From assembly GCF_006345805.1 (NCBI RefSeq), contig NC_043000.1:157170001-157234000 (forward strand): 64,000 nucleotides of DNA. The letters run 5' to 3'. The translations under genes and the position numbers were made by a program. Each line of letters begins with the position of its first letter. Position 1 is the first letter of the stretch. The notes below the pieces were generated by a model that saw nothing but the letters and a program-made list of their open reading frames with translations, did no database searches and had not been told where the DNA came from. The stretch comes from Octopus sinensis. Taxonomy: Eukaryota. Below, in pieces: positions 42,957 to 54,613 of the stretch.

Positions 42957-43345
42957 ACTCTTTTACTCTTTTACTTGTTTCAGTCATTTGACTGCGGCCA
43001 TGCTGGAGCACCGCCTTTAGTCGAGCAACTCGATCCTGGGACTTATTCTTTGTAAGCCCAGTACTTATACTATCGGTCTCTTTTTGCCGAACCGCTAAGT
43101 GACGGGGACATAAACACACCAGCATCGGTTGTCAAGCAATGCTAGGGGGACAAACACAGACACACACACACACACACAACACACACACATATACATACAT
43201 ATATACGACAGGCTTCTTTCAGTTTCCGTCTACCAAATCCACTCACAAGGCATTGGTCGGCCCGGGGCTATAGCAGAAGACACTTGCCCAAGATGCCACG
43301 CAGTGGGACTGAACCTGGAACCATGTGGTTGATTAGCAAGCTACC
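42957..43345 (-). mobile_element. SINE, group A, slightly 5'-truncated
   Basis: Reverse-complement copy. Confidence 0.9.
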
Positions 43346-43757
43346 AGATAGAATGCTTTTGATCATTGACCTGCTCGATGAGGGATGATTGGGGCTAAAT
43401 AGCAACAACAACAACTGAGTGTATATAAACGCTCGTATGTTTCCAAACTAGACCAATTCATTGAACGCAGGAACAATTATGTCTTTAATATTTTATCTTT
43501 TACTGGTTTCAGTCATTGGACGGCAGCCATGCTGGGGTACCGCCGTGAAGAATTTTTAGTCGAATGAATTGATATTACCACTTTTGTTTTAAGCGTGGTA
43601 TTTATTCTATCGGTATCTTTTGCTGAACTGGTAAGTGATGGAAACGTAAGCACACCAACACCGGCTATCAAGTGGTGATGGTAGAGGACAAACACAGACA
43701 CAAAGATACACACATACCCACGCATATACACACACACACACATACACACATACATAT

Positions 43758-43792
<35 letters not shown>

Positions 43793-43943
43793 GCGCAGGA
43801 GTGGCTGTGTAGTAAGTAGCTTGCTTACCAACAGGGCTCAGTCCTACTGAGTGACGCCTTGGGCAAGTGTCTTCTATAGCCTCGAGCCGACGAAAGCCTT
43901 GTGAGTGGATTTGGTCTACGGAAACTGAAAGAAGCTCGTCGTA

Positions 43944-44008
<65 letters not shown>

Positions 44009-44250
44009 TGTGTGTGTGTGTGTGTGTGTGTGTATGTTTGTGTGTGTGTATTTGTCACCCCAACATCGCTTGGCAACCGATGGTGGTGTGTTTACGTCCC
44101 CGTAACTTAGCAGTTCGGCAAAAGAGACCAATAGAATAATTACTAGGCTTACAAAGAATAAATCCTGGGATCGATTTGCTCGACTAAAGGCGGTGCTCCA
44201 GCATGTCCGCAGTCAAATAATTGAAACAAGTAAAAGAGTAAAAGAGTAAA
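43793..44250 (+). mobile_element. SINE, group A
   Basis: Full-length; its 3' half is repeated in the tandem duplication. Confidence 0.88.
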
Positions 44251-44972
44251 GAGTATATTTATATATATAAATATATATATACAACGGGCTTCTTTCAGTT
44301 TCCGATTTCCGGTTTCACTCGCAAGACTTTCATCGGCCCGTGGCTATATTAGAAGACACATGCCCAATATGTCACACACTGGGACACATGTGATTGGAAA
44401 ATAAGCTTCTTACCACACAGCAATGTATATTACAGAGATATACAAAAACAGACGAGCTGGTCAAGGTTGCGATGTCCTTCGTTATAGGTCAGCCCGATCG
44501 GAACTCATAGAGAACCAAACAATAACAACAATAAACAAGGAAGATTCAATACAGAATTTGTTCCAGATATATCTGGTTGATAGTAAATCGACCAATCCAA
44601 AAGTGCGAAATAATTCCGGGACTGTATCAGTACACAAGCCTTAAAAGTTAAGAGAATTGTTAAATTTGCAAAATGAGATGATAACATTTGGAAACGGATG
44701 TACTTAGTTCGAGGTGTGCAGTTTCCAAGAAAAGCTATTGAGGCATGTTTATAGATAAATTACACGTTTTTTTTTCGTTATTGACACTCTTGTTGTTGTT
44801 GTGTTATCGTGACAGCTTGATGGAGAGCGTAACCAATACGAAACAATTATATATGAATATGTGTATGTGTGAGTGTGTGTATATATGTGTCGGTCTGCCT
44901 GTATGCATGTATGTATGTATGTGTGTCTATGTACATATCTATGTATGTATGTATCTCTCTCTCTATCTATCA

Positions 44973-45018
<46 letters not shown>

Positions 45019-45019
45019 G

Positions 45020-45069
<50 letters not shown>

Positions 45070-46489
45070 AGGAGAAGGATGGAGACTAACCTTTGTTTAT
45101 TTCAATGTTTAATATGATGCGTGACTTCGCCTGTCATTACGTTCTGAGTTCAAATTCCGCCGAGGTCGACTTTGCCTTTCATCCTTTCGGGGTCGATAAA
45201 TTAAGTACCAGTTGCGTACTGGGGTCGATCTAATCGACTGCCCCCCCCCCCCAAAAAAAAAATTACGAGCCTTGTACCTAGAGTACGAAAGAATATGATG
45301 CGTGATTGTACTCACATACGTACATGCATACATACATACACGCACACGCACACACACGTACATACACACACACACACATGCACACACACACCACACACAG
45401 ACACACGCCACACACACATATGGTTATAAGTATTTCTTGTGCATACGGTCATGTATAAACATGTATGTTTCCGCGCTTCTCCTTGCGCTGGCATTGAAAT
45501 ACGTTTGCATACATGAACATGTGAGTATGTATGTTGTGTGTGTGTGTGTGTATGTTTGTGTGTGTGTATTTGTCACCCCAACATCGCTTGGCAACCGATG
45601 GTGGTGTGTTTACGTCCCCGTAACTTAGCAGTTCGGCAAAAGAGACCAATAGAATAATTACTAGGCTTACAAAGAATAAATCCTGGGATCGATTTGCTCG
45701 ACTAAAGGCGGTGCTCCAGCATGTCCGCAGTCAAATAACTGAAACAAGTAAAAGAGTAAAAGAGTAAAGAGTATATTTATATATATAAATATATATATAC
45801 AACGGGCTTCTTTCAGTTTCCGATTTCCGGTTTCACTCGCAAGACTTTCATCGGCCCGTGGCTATATTAGAAGACACATGCCCAATATGTCACACACTGG
45901 GACACATGTGATTGGAAAATAAGCTTCTTACCACACAGCAATGTATATTACAGAGATATACAAAAACAGACGAGCTGGTCAAGGTTGCGATGTCCTTCGT
46001 TATAGGTCAGCCCGATCGGAACTCATAGAGAACCAAACAATAACAACAATAAACAAGGAAGATTCAATACAGAATTTGTTCCAGATATATCTGGTTGATA
46101 GTAAATCGACCAATCCAAAAGTGCGAAATAATTCCGGGACTGTATCAGTACACAAGCCTTAAAAGTTAAGAGAATTGTTAAATTTGCAAAATGAGATGAT
46201 AACATTTGGAAACGGATGTACTTAGTTCGAGGTGTGCAGTTTCCAAGAAAAGCTATTGAGGCATGTTATAGATAAATTACACGTTTTTTTTTCGTTATTG
46301 ACACTCTTGTTGTTGTTGTGTTATCGTGACAGCTTGATGGAGAGCGTAACCAATACGAAACAATTATATATGAATATGTGTATGTGTGAGTGTGTGTATA
46401 TATGTGTCGGTCTGCCTGTATGCATGTATGTATGTATGTGTGTCTATGTACATATCTATGTATGTATGTATCTCTCTCTCTATCTATCA

Positions 46490-46531
<42 letters not shown>

Positions 46532-46532
46532 G

Positions 46533-46572
<40 letters not shown>

Positions 46573-47055
46573 AGGAGAAGGATGGAGACTAACCTTTGTT
46601 TATTTCAATGTTTAATATGATGCGTGACTTCGCCTGTCATTACGTTCTGAGTTCAAATTCCGCCGAGGTCGACTTTGCCTTTCATCCTTTCGGGGTCGAT
46701 AAATTAAGTACCAGTTGCGTACTGGGGTCGATCTAATCGACTGCCCCCCCCCCCAAAAAAAAAATTACGAGCCTTGTACCTAGAGTACGAAAGAATATGA
46801 TGCGTGATTGTACTCACATACGTACATGCATACATACATACATACACGCACACGCACACACACGTACATACACACACACACACATGCACACACACACCAC
46901 ACACAGACACACGCCACACACACATATGGTTATAAGTATTTCTTGTGCATACGGTCATGTATAAACATGTATGTTTCCGCGCTTCTCCTTGCGCTGGCAT
47001 TGAAATACGTTTGCATACATGAACATGTGAGTATGTATGTTTGTGTGTGTGTGTG
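44023..47055. repeat. Two-copy tandem duplication, unit about 1518 bp
   Basis: Identical ORFs at 44423/45941 and 44505/46023 (offset 1518); junctions lie in (GT)n. Confidence 0.95.
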
Positions 47056-47622
47056 TGTGTACGTGCATATGATAGTGTTTGTGTACGTACATGGTAGCGC
47101 TTATGCTCTGTTTTTAATTAAAATTATATCACAGGTGCCGACTGCCTGTGATGAAATCTTAAGTTTTAACATCAACCATATTCTGACCGTATTTCACAGA
47201 CATGAATTAACTTCCGTTCCCAACGCCCAGAGCATTCTTCCCCTTCGTTCACATCAGCTGCTTTTTCGAAGTAGGGTCTAAATGAACAACGAGATTACAA
47301 CAAATCGGGGCGAATCGAAAGAAAGAAAAGAAAAGAAAAGAAAAGAAAGGAAGAAAAGAAGAATCCCCAGTTATTATTAATATATTATTTTGACTGATAT
47401 GGAACGGAATTATGTTTCTTAACTTATAACATCCAAAGGAACAGCTGGTGGTCTCTCTTCTGTAAGCTCTTTTTCAGATGCTGGTATCCTTAATATATAC
47501 TCAAGATAGACACAGCGAAACACAGTGTATGACAAGGTTGAATATATGTGCGAATGTATGTATGTATGTATGTATGTATGTATGTATGTATGTATGTATA
47601 TACATATATACATATATGTAAA

Positions 47623-47853
47623 GGCGGCGAGCTGGCAGAAACGTTGGCACGCCGGGCGAAATGCATAGCCGTATTTCGTCTGCCGTTACGTTCTGAGTTC
47701 AAATTCTGCCGAGGTCGACTTTGCCTTTCATCCTTTCGGGGTCGATAAATTAAGTACCAGTTACGCACTGGGATCGATGTAATCGACTTAATCCGTTTGT
47801 CTGTCCTTGTTTGTCCCCTCTGTGTTTAGCCCCTTGTGGATAATAAAGAAATA
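47623..47853 (+). mobile_element. SINE, group C, full length
   Basis: GGCGGCGAGCTGGCAG head, B-box-like GAGTTCAAATTC, AATAAAGAAAT end, (TATG)n on both sides. Confidence 0.92.
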
Positions 47854-48892
47854 TGTATGTATGTATGTATGTATGTATGAATGTATGTAGTATGTATATA
47901 TGTATGTAAGTATGTATGTATGCATGTATGTGTTCTATTTCTAGTTATTTGAAGTCTCCCCGTAAGGAAGGAGCTGGATTCTAACAAATATACCAAGCTC
48001 CATCGCTGGAATGTAGATAACAAAAACATTATCACTTTCTGAGTTTGAGAAGTCTTACACATCTATATTGTTCTTCTTTGTATTGTAGTGTGTGTGTTTC
48101 CTGGTCGATTTCTATTTCTGAAAATCGCAGTTTTTGCATGCATGCATGTATGTATGTATGTATGTATGTATGTATGTATGTATGTATGTATGTATGTATG
48201 TATGTATGTATGTTTGTACGTATGTATGTCTGTATCTACCTACACACAGATGCATATATACATAGATACAAACACGCTCATGCATGCACAAAAAATATAT
48301 GCAAAACTTAAAAAGCCACCCTCTGGCCAGTTAACTTTCTCCTGGCTATAACAGTGATAAAATCGTAAAACTGAAGAACCTAAAAAGAAAGAGAACATGA
48401 AGTAACATCATTATTTTTTTTTTTAATTGCATAAATAAAATGTATGAAGCGAAAATTCACTCGATACTTTGGGGGCTTTGAGCCGCTGGATTTTAGCGAT
48501 TAGTTCAGTTTGAAACTTCACTCTATGATCTGAAATTAAGATTTCCCAGGGTCTTTTATCTCTTTTCTAGTAGGAATCTATAGGTTTTTGTTATTGTGGC
48601 TTTTAAGTGTTTTCACTGTATGTCATCTCTTTAATTTTGGATTTAATAATTCTATCAGTCTGCCTCGGTCAGTATGTGTATATATATGTAACATTTTTAT
48701 CGACTTGTAGAGACACCGCATTTCATTATGCAACCATAATATACAACTAAGTATATTAAACGCTTTGTAAGTTAATATTGTGTTCTGCTGTGTTAGCAGT
48801 GCTATTAAAACACATGTTTCGGTTATATCTACGAAATGTCGTAACAAATCAGTGATGGCTATAATTTCTATATGAAATCTGTAGGCACAAGC

Positions 48893-49262
48893 GAGGCTAT
48901 ATGGTAAGAAGCTTGCTTACCAACCGCATGGTTCTGGGTTCAGTCCCACTGCGTCGCACCTTGGGCAAGTGTCTTCTACTATAGCTACAGCCCGACTAAG
49001 GGCTTGTAAGTGGATCTGGTAGATGGTGTGTGTGTATTTATATATGTGTGTGTAAGTATGTATATATCTATGTGTGTATGTGTTTGTGTTTGTCTCGCAT
49101 CACCGCTTCACAACCGGTGTTAGTGTGTTTATTTCCCCGTAATTTAGCGATAAGGCCTTAACATAAAAAAAGGCCTAGAATCGATTTCTTCGACTAAAAA
49201 CCCTTCAAGGCGGTGCTCTAGCATGGCCACAGTCAAATGGCTGAAACAAATAAAAGAATAAA
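48893..49262 (+). mobile_element. SINE, group A, diverged
   Basis: Head and tail motifs. Confidence 0.82.
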
Positions 49263-49864
49263 AGAACAGCCTTAACCAGCAACGTTTTTAACACCATTTC
49301 AATGAAAATGAATGGAATTTTTACCGTCCTCGAATTCTAATTTGACTTTTAAAAGCCGTTTAAAGTAAGTTGACTCACAAATTAAGCATGACGCAAAACA
49401 CGAAACGATATTTAATCTATAAATCGCCCTTTTTCTCCTCATCATAACCCACGCTCGTCAACGGTTTCTTCTTGCAGAATGGACTGAGTAAGAACAAACT
49501 CACCGCTGTTTACAAGTTGGAAGTAACTTTTATAATGCGAAAGCTCCAAACTCTATCCTTCAACGCGTTAATGCTGCTGCTGCTGCTGCTACTACTACTA
49601 CTACTACTACTACATATAGTATTTCTCAGTCAGGGAAAGTGGATCATCTGTCTAAGGAGCCACTGACGTATAAATGAAGTTCCGGGGCCACATGGTCAGC
49701 CCAAATAAACTATTGCATTATACTGTTCACAAGGGTACTTCGTCCATTCATTGTTACCAACAGATACATACATACATACAGACAGACAGACAGACATGCA
49801 TAAATACATACATACATACATACATACATACATACATACACACTTACATATCATATATATATAT

Positions 49865-49939
<75 letters not shown>

Positions 49940-50037
49940 AGTAGTATAAAAATTGGATTCAGAGAGTCATATTCCACAGTAAGATTCCCAATCAGAATCG
50001 GCTATCAGTTGACGAAGTAATCAACGACACACACACA

Positions 50038-50069
<32 letters not shown>

Positions 50070-50596
50070 ACACACACATACACGCGCACGCAATTATTAT
50101 TCTTTAACAAGAATAATAGATATGCACTCTACAAAAAATATTCAGTAATCCTTTGGCTTAATGTAAAGATGTTTTTATTACAATTTGACAAAAACAAACA
50201 TTAATGTGTGCGTGTATGTGTGTATGGGTGTGGTGTGTGTAAGTGTGTGTGTGTGTATCGACATACACATATATGTGTGTATGTATAATTATCCATGTGT
50301 CTGTGCATGTGTGCCTTTGTCTTTAGGAATAACCACACATACACACATGGAACACGTGCACATGCGCTGATAGCACAACCCTAATATCCGCAAAACAGTT
50401 AAACGAAGCATACAAAAAGCGGGACATGAAAATAATGACACGAAATAGAAGATCCTGTTATTTATCAAAAACAAAATTATCCCATTTGTTTATTCTGAAG
50501 TAGAGCATAGCACGAAATTTGCCCTTCTCGGAAGATTAATATCAAATGGATCAGAAAAAGCATGACACAAAACACGAAACGATATTTAGTCTATAA

Positions 50597-50827
50597 GGCG
50601 GCAAGCTGGCAGACACGTTAGCACGCCGGGCGAAATGCTTAGCTGTATTTCGTCTGTCGCAACGTTCTGAGTTCAAATTCCGCCGAGGTCGACTTTGCCT
50701 TTCATCCTTTCGGGGTCGATAGATTAAGTACCAGTTACGCACTGGGGTCGATGTAATCGACTTAATACCTATGTCTGTCCTTGTTTGTCCCCTCTATGTT
50801 TAGCCCCTTGTGGGTAATAAAGAAATA
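50597..50827 (+). mobile_element. SINE, group C, with 16-bp TSD
   Basis: TSD GATATTTAGTCTATAA at 50581-50596 and 50828-50843. Confidence 0.95.
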
Positions 50828-51119
50828 GATATTTAGTCTATAAATCGCTCTTATTCTCTTCATCCTAACCCACGCCTCGCCAACCCTGAAATTTGAAGAT
50901 ACATACAAATTAGAAGTTTTGAATTGCGGTGTTTATGATACATTCTAAGAATATCATTATGAAACAGGTGTAGAAATACTTCTGTAAGAAAAGATCTTCA
51001 AATAACATGCACCGTTACTGAGGTAATCAAAAGGAAGAGACTGAAATGGATCGCATGCTTAGAAGGTCAAGCAGTATTCATAGGGATGGCGTTCTGCCAG
51101 GAGTCCCCCAACTCCAGAT

Positions 51120-52275
51120 CCCGGAAGAGATTAAATTTATCCTCCAAAATATTTCCACCTTCATTGGCAGCATTGACTGAAAAAAGAAACATTTAGGAAA
51201 TGAGAACGAATGTTGTCCCAAATTAAGCCAATTTGGTCAAAGTATTCCTTGAAATCCAATCATGTGAATAATATAGATTAAAGTGTGGTAGCAGTTTCAA
51301 TAAATCTCTATCAGAAAATTGAGGATGTTACTTGAGATGTTGGTCGAGCCAGAGTCTTGACCATCATAATGATTACAAGTCGCTACTTAATAATATAAAT
51401 TACAACATACTGTTAACAATGAAATACGGTCAAAGTCTTGCACTGTTCCTGGATATTTTAAACATAAAAAAAGATACAAACTTTAAGTCTAATATCATTA
51501 CTACCTGAAAAATCTCTAAACAATAATAAATTTCCTGCCATCCAAAACAAGTATATTGTCGTTTCAAATTTTAAAAGACTACAAGAACCGTAATAAATAC
51601 TACTTCAAAGACAGAACCCAAGAAAGTTAATTAACGAAATAGAATCTATCAAAAGAACAGATATTCAAGAAGCTCGGGGGACAAAAAGCAATTGAAATAT
51701 CACAAATACTCTACCTTACATTACAATACATATCCGAAGAAACACAGAAACGTACAATATTTCCCATTAAAACTTTCGATTACTGATGCAAGAACGAAGG
51801 ACAAAAAAGAAAGTGCACCAAAAATGTACAAAATACTCAAATGCAAAACGCAACAAATATCTCCAAAGTAATTATCAGCGCCAAATTAACCACTAAAAAC
51901 ACAACTCCTATACTCAAAAAGTGTGGTCACTCTAACTGAAAAACCTGTATTAACTTTATAAAAGTCACGCTCTATAAATCTAAATTGGGATCATTCTCAC
52001 TGTAAAATATCACTTCACATGTTCGCCAAAAATCTAATTTATGATATTAAATGTAATAAATGTAACAAAGATTATATAAGAGAAACGAAATTTACCTTGA
52101 GAAAGAGACCGCTATTCATTGGCGTCAAATACAAGAGCCATATACCAGACAGATTCCAATAAGTGACTATTTAGATTTATGTCTATCAAAAGAATTGTCT
52201 TTGTTGCGATAAAATTTCAGATCAACTCCGGACAAATAAAGAAAATATATTCATTAAAAATACAAACCATGACTA
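51120..52275 (+). mobile_element. Decayed Penelope-like element (RT plus GIY-YIG endonuclease)
   Basis: GMRTNVVPN*ANLVKVFLE, LLNNINYNILLTMKY..LFLDIL, SCHPK, then KNLIYDIKCNKCNKDYIRET..LRKR..HWRQI (VIY..YIGET-type GIY-YIG). Confidence 0.75.
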
Positions 52276-52843
52276 ACACAACATATCGAACGGAGTTCAC
52301 ATTCTCACACACAAACGCAAAGGGCTATCATATGCACTCATTTATACAAATACACAATTTGCTGCCACTCGCATAAATGCCAATAACCTCTTTCTTAGGT
52401 ATTTTGACAATATGTTGTTCATATTACACACTCAGTGGATTGAAACATTAACTTTTGGTACAATTCTCGTCCTTACTGTCACTTGACTTAGTACATGAAT
52501 TCTTATCCGTACTGTCCCATAACATATTCACAGCTAAATACAGCCTTGACTTATGGTGCAAATCTCATTAACGCAGTCGTATTGTCCTCTGGCCTTACGA
52601 CTCACATCAACCGACAAAATCTCTATCTCACGTAATAGTAATTTGAGTCACAAGTTCTCCATAAAAAGGAACGAATTTTTAAACAAGCTTAAGGGCCAAC
52701 ACTGGATCACTCCATCTCACATAACTTTTATTAATTGTGAAATCAGTTAAGCAAATGTAAATAAATCTTTGTAAAAATTCCAGGTGCAGTTTAAAATTAT
52801 TTTCATAGGATGTTTACATACATACATACATACATACATACAA

Positions 52844-52957
52844 ACGGCCATATCACGTTTAAAGCACCGGTTCTCGTTCGATCACCGAAGTTAAGCAACG
52901 TCAAGTTTAGTTAGTACTTAGAAAGGTGACCGCTTGGGAAACCTAGGTGCAGTAAGC
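52844..52957 (+). pseudogene. 5S rRNA-derived sequence (pseudogene or SINE3 head)
   Basis: ACGGCCATATCACGTT..CACCGGTTCTCGT.CGATCACCGAAGTTAAGCAACGTC..GTTAGTACTT..GGTGACCGC.TGGGAA..GGTGC.GTA matches mollusc-type 5S by eye; box C mutated, first 4 nt missing, no oligo-T terminator. Confidence 0.9.
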
Positions 52958-54222
52958 GTCACACATTGTTAAATGGCGATGCCCCAGCATGGCCACGGCT
53001 CATGAGCTGAAACTAGATGAAATAAAAAAAGTAAAAAATACATACATACATACATACATACATACACACATACATACATACATACATACATACATACATA
53101 CATACATACTACACATTCAATCCATCACTGGAACTGTAAAAATCTATAAAACTTTCCAGAAGATTATTAAGTATGTATGACCATGTCTAGGTATGCAAGT
53201 ATGCGCATGAGAAGACATACATAAAAAAAAACATACAAATCTGCACATATACATACTTACAAACAAATAAAAATACCCTGTTGTTGATGTTGAAATTCCA
53301 ATGAGGGAGCCTTGGATCTAGGTTTGAAATCGGGTATTTCTCTATTGGCAAGAAACTGAATAATGACATACAAATAATTGTATGTATGTGCGTTTGTATG
53401 TATCTATGTATCTATGTATGATATCTATTTGCATCGATGGTGGAAAACTTCGTATTAGAGTGTACGTCAAACTCGCTTAGCTTCTCTTGGTAGGAATAAT
53501 CAATAGGCTTCGACTAAGGAAGGCTACTTCGGCGTTTGAGAGAGGAAGATTTCTACTGACTCGCTAAGACATGTGGATGAAGTAAGTGGAGAGGCTACCT
53601 GTATTTTTGAAATAAAGAAATCATAGAAGACGTCGCTGACGTATTGTTTCTAGATTGAGGTATCATCGAAGAGTTGATGATCGAACTGTCTCAGATGTGG
53701 TCAACAAAATCAAGCCCCTCTATTCATTAAATTGCCAATAAGACTTTAATACCCAAGGCTGCGAGCTGGCAGAATCGTTAGCAAACCGGGCAAATTGCTT
53801 AGCTATATGCCGCCCGTCTTTATTGTTCTGAGCTCAAATCCTACCGAGGTCAACTTTGTCTTTCATCCTTTTTGAGGTCGATGAAATAAATACCAGCTGA
53901 GCACTGGGATCGATGTAATCGATTTAACCACCCCCACCCCGATATTGCTGGCCTTGTGCCAACAAAATTTGAAACCAATATTACTCCAGCACACGTCGAA
54001 ACTAACTTTTCCTTCTGGGTTTTAATGTTTCTCTGCCTTCATCCTCACTCTCGGGCTCTAGCCCTTTTTTCTCCCACTTTCTGTCCCTTTCTCTCCCTAC
54101 TCAGTCTCTTTTTACCTCTGTTTCTCTTTATCTCCTCCTATCTCTCTCATTCCCCCCCCTCTCTCTCTCTCTCTCTCTATCACGCTCTCCGCCCTTGTTT
54201 CTATAATCACTTTTCTCTCACT

Positions 54223-54613
54223 TGTGTGTGGAAGCACTCCGTCGGTTACGACGATGAGGGTTCCGGTTGATCCGAATCAACGGAACAGCCTGCTCGTGAA
54301 ATTAACGTGTAAGTGGCTGAGCACTCCACAGACACGTGTACCCTTAACGTAGTTCTCGGGGATATTCAGCGTGACACAGAGAGTGACAAGGCCGGCCCTT
54401 TGAAATACAGGTACAACAGAAACAGGAAGTAAGAGTGAGAGAAAGTTGCGGTGAAAGAGTAGAGCAGGGATCACCACCATCCCCTGCCGGAGCCTCGTGG
54501 AGCTTTAGGTGTTTTCGCTCAATAAACACTCACAACGCCCGGTCTGGGAATCGAAACCGCGATCCTATGACCGCGAGTCCGCTGCCCTAACCACTGGGCC
54601 ATTGCGCCTCCAC
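54223..54613 (-). mobile_element. SINE, group B, with 12-bp TSD
   Basis: TSD TTTTCTCTCACT at 54211-54222 and 54615-54626. Confidence 0.93.

Noticed and set aside
44423-44644. 73-aa ORF duplicated at 45941
   Set aside because: Its identity reflects the tandem duplication only; no protein motif or splice support.
52844-52957. Functional 5S rRNA gene
   Set aside because: 5' end missing, box C and stems mutated, no oligo-T terminator, not in an array.
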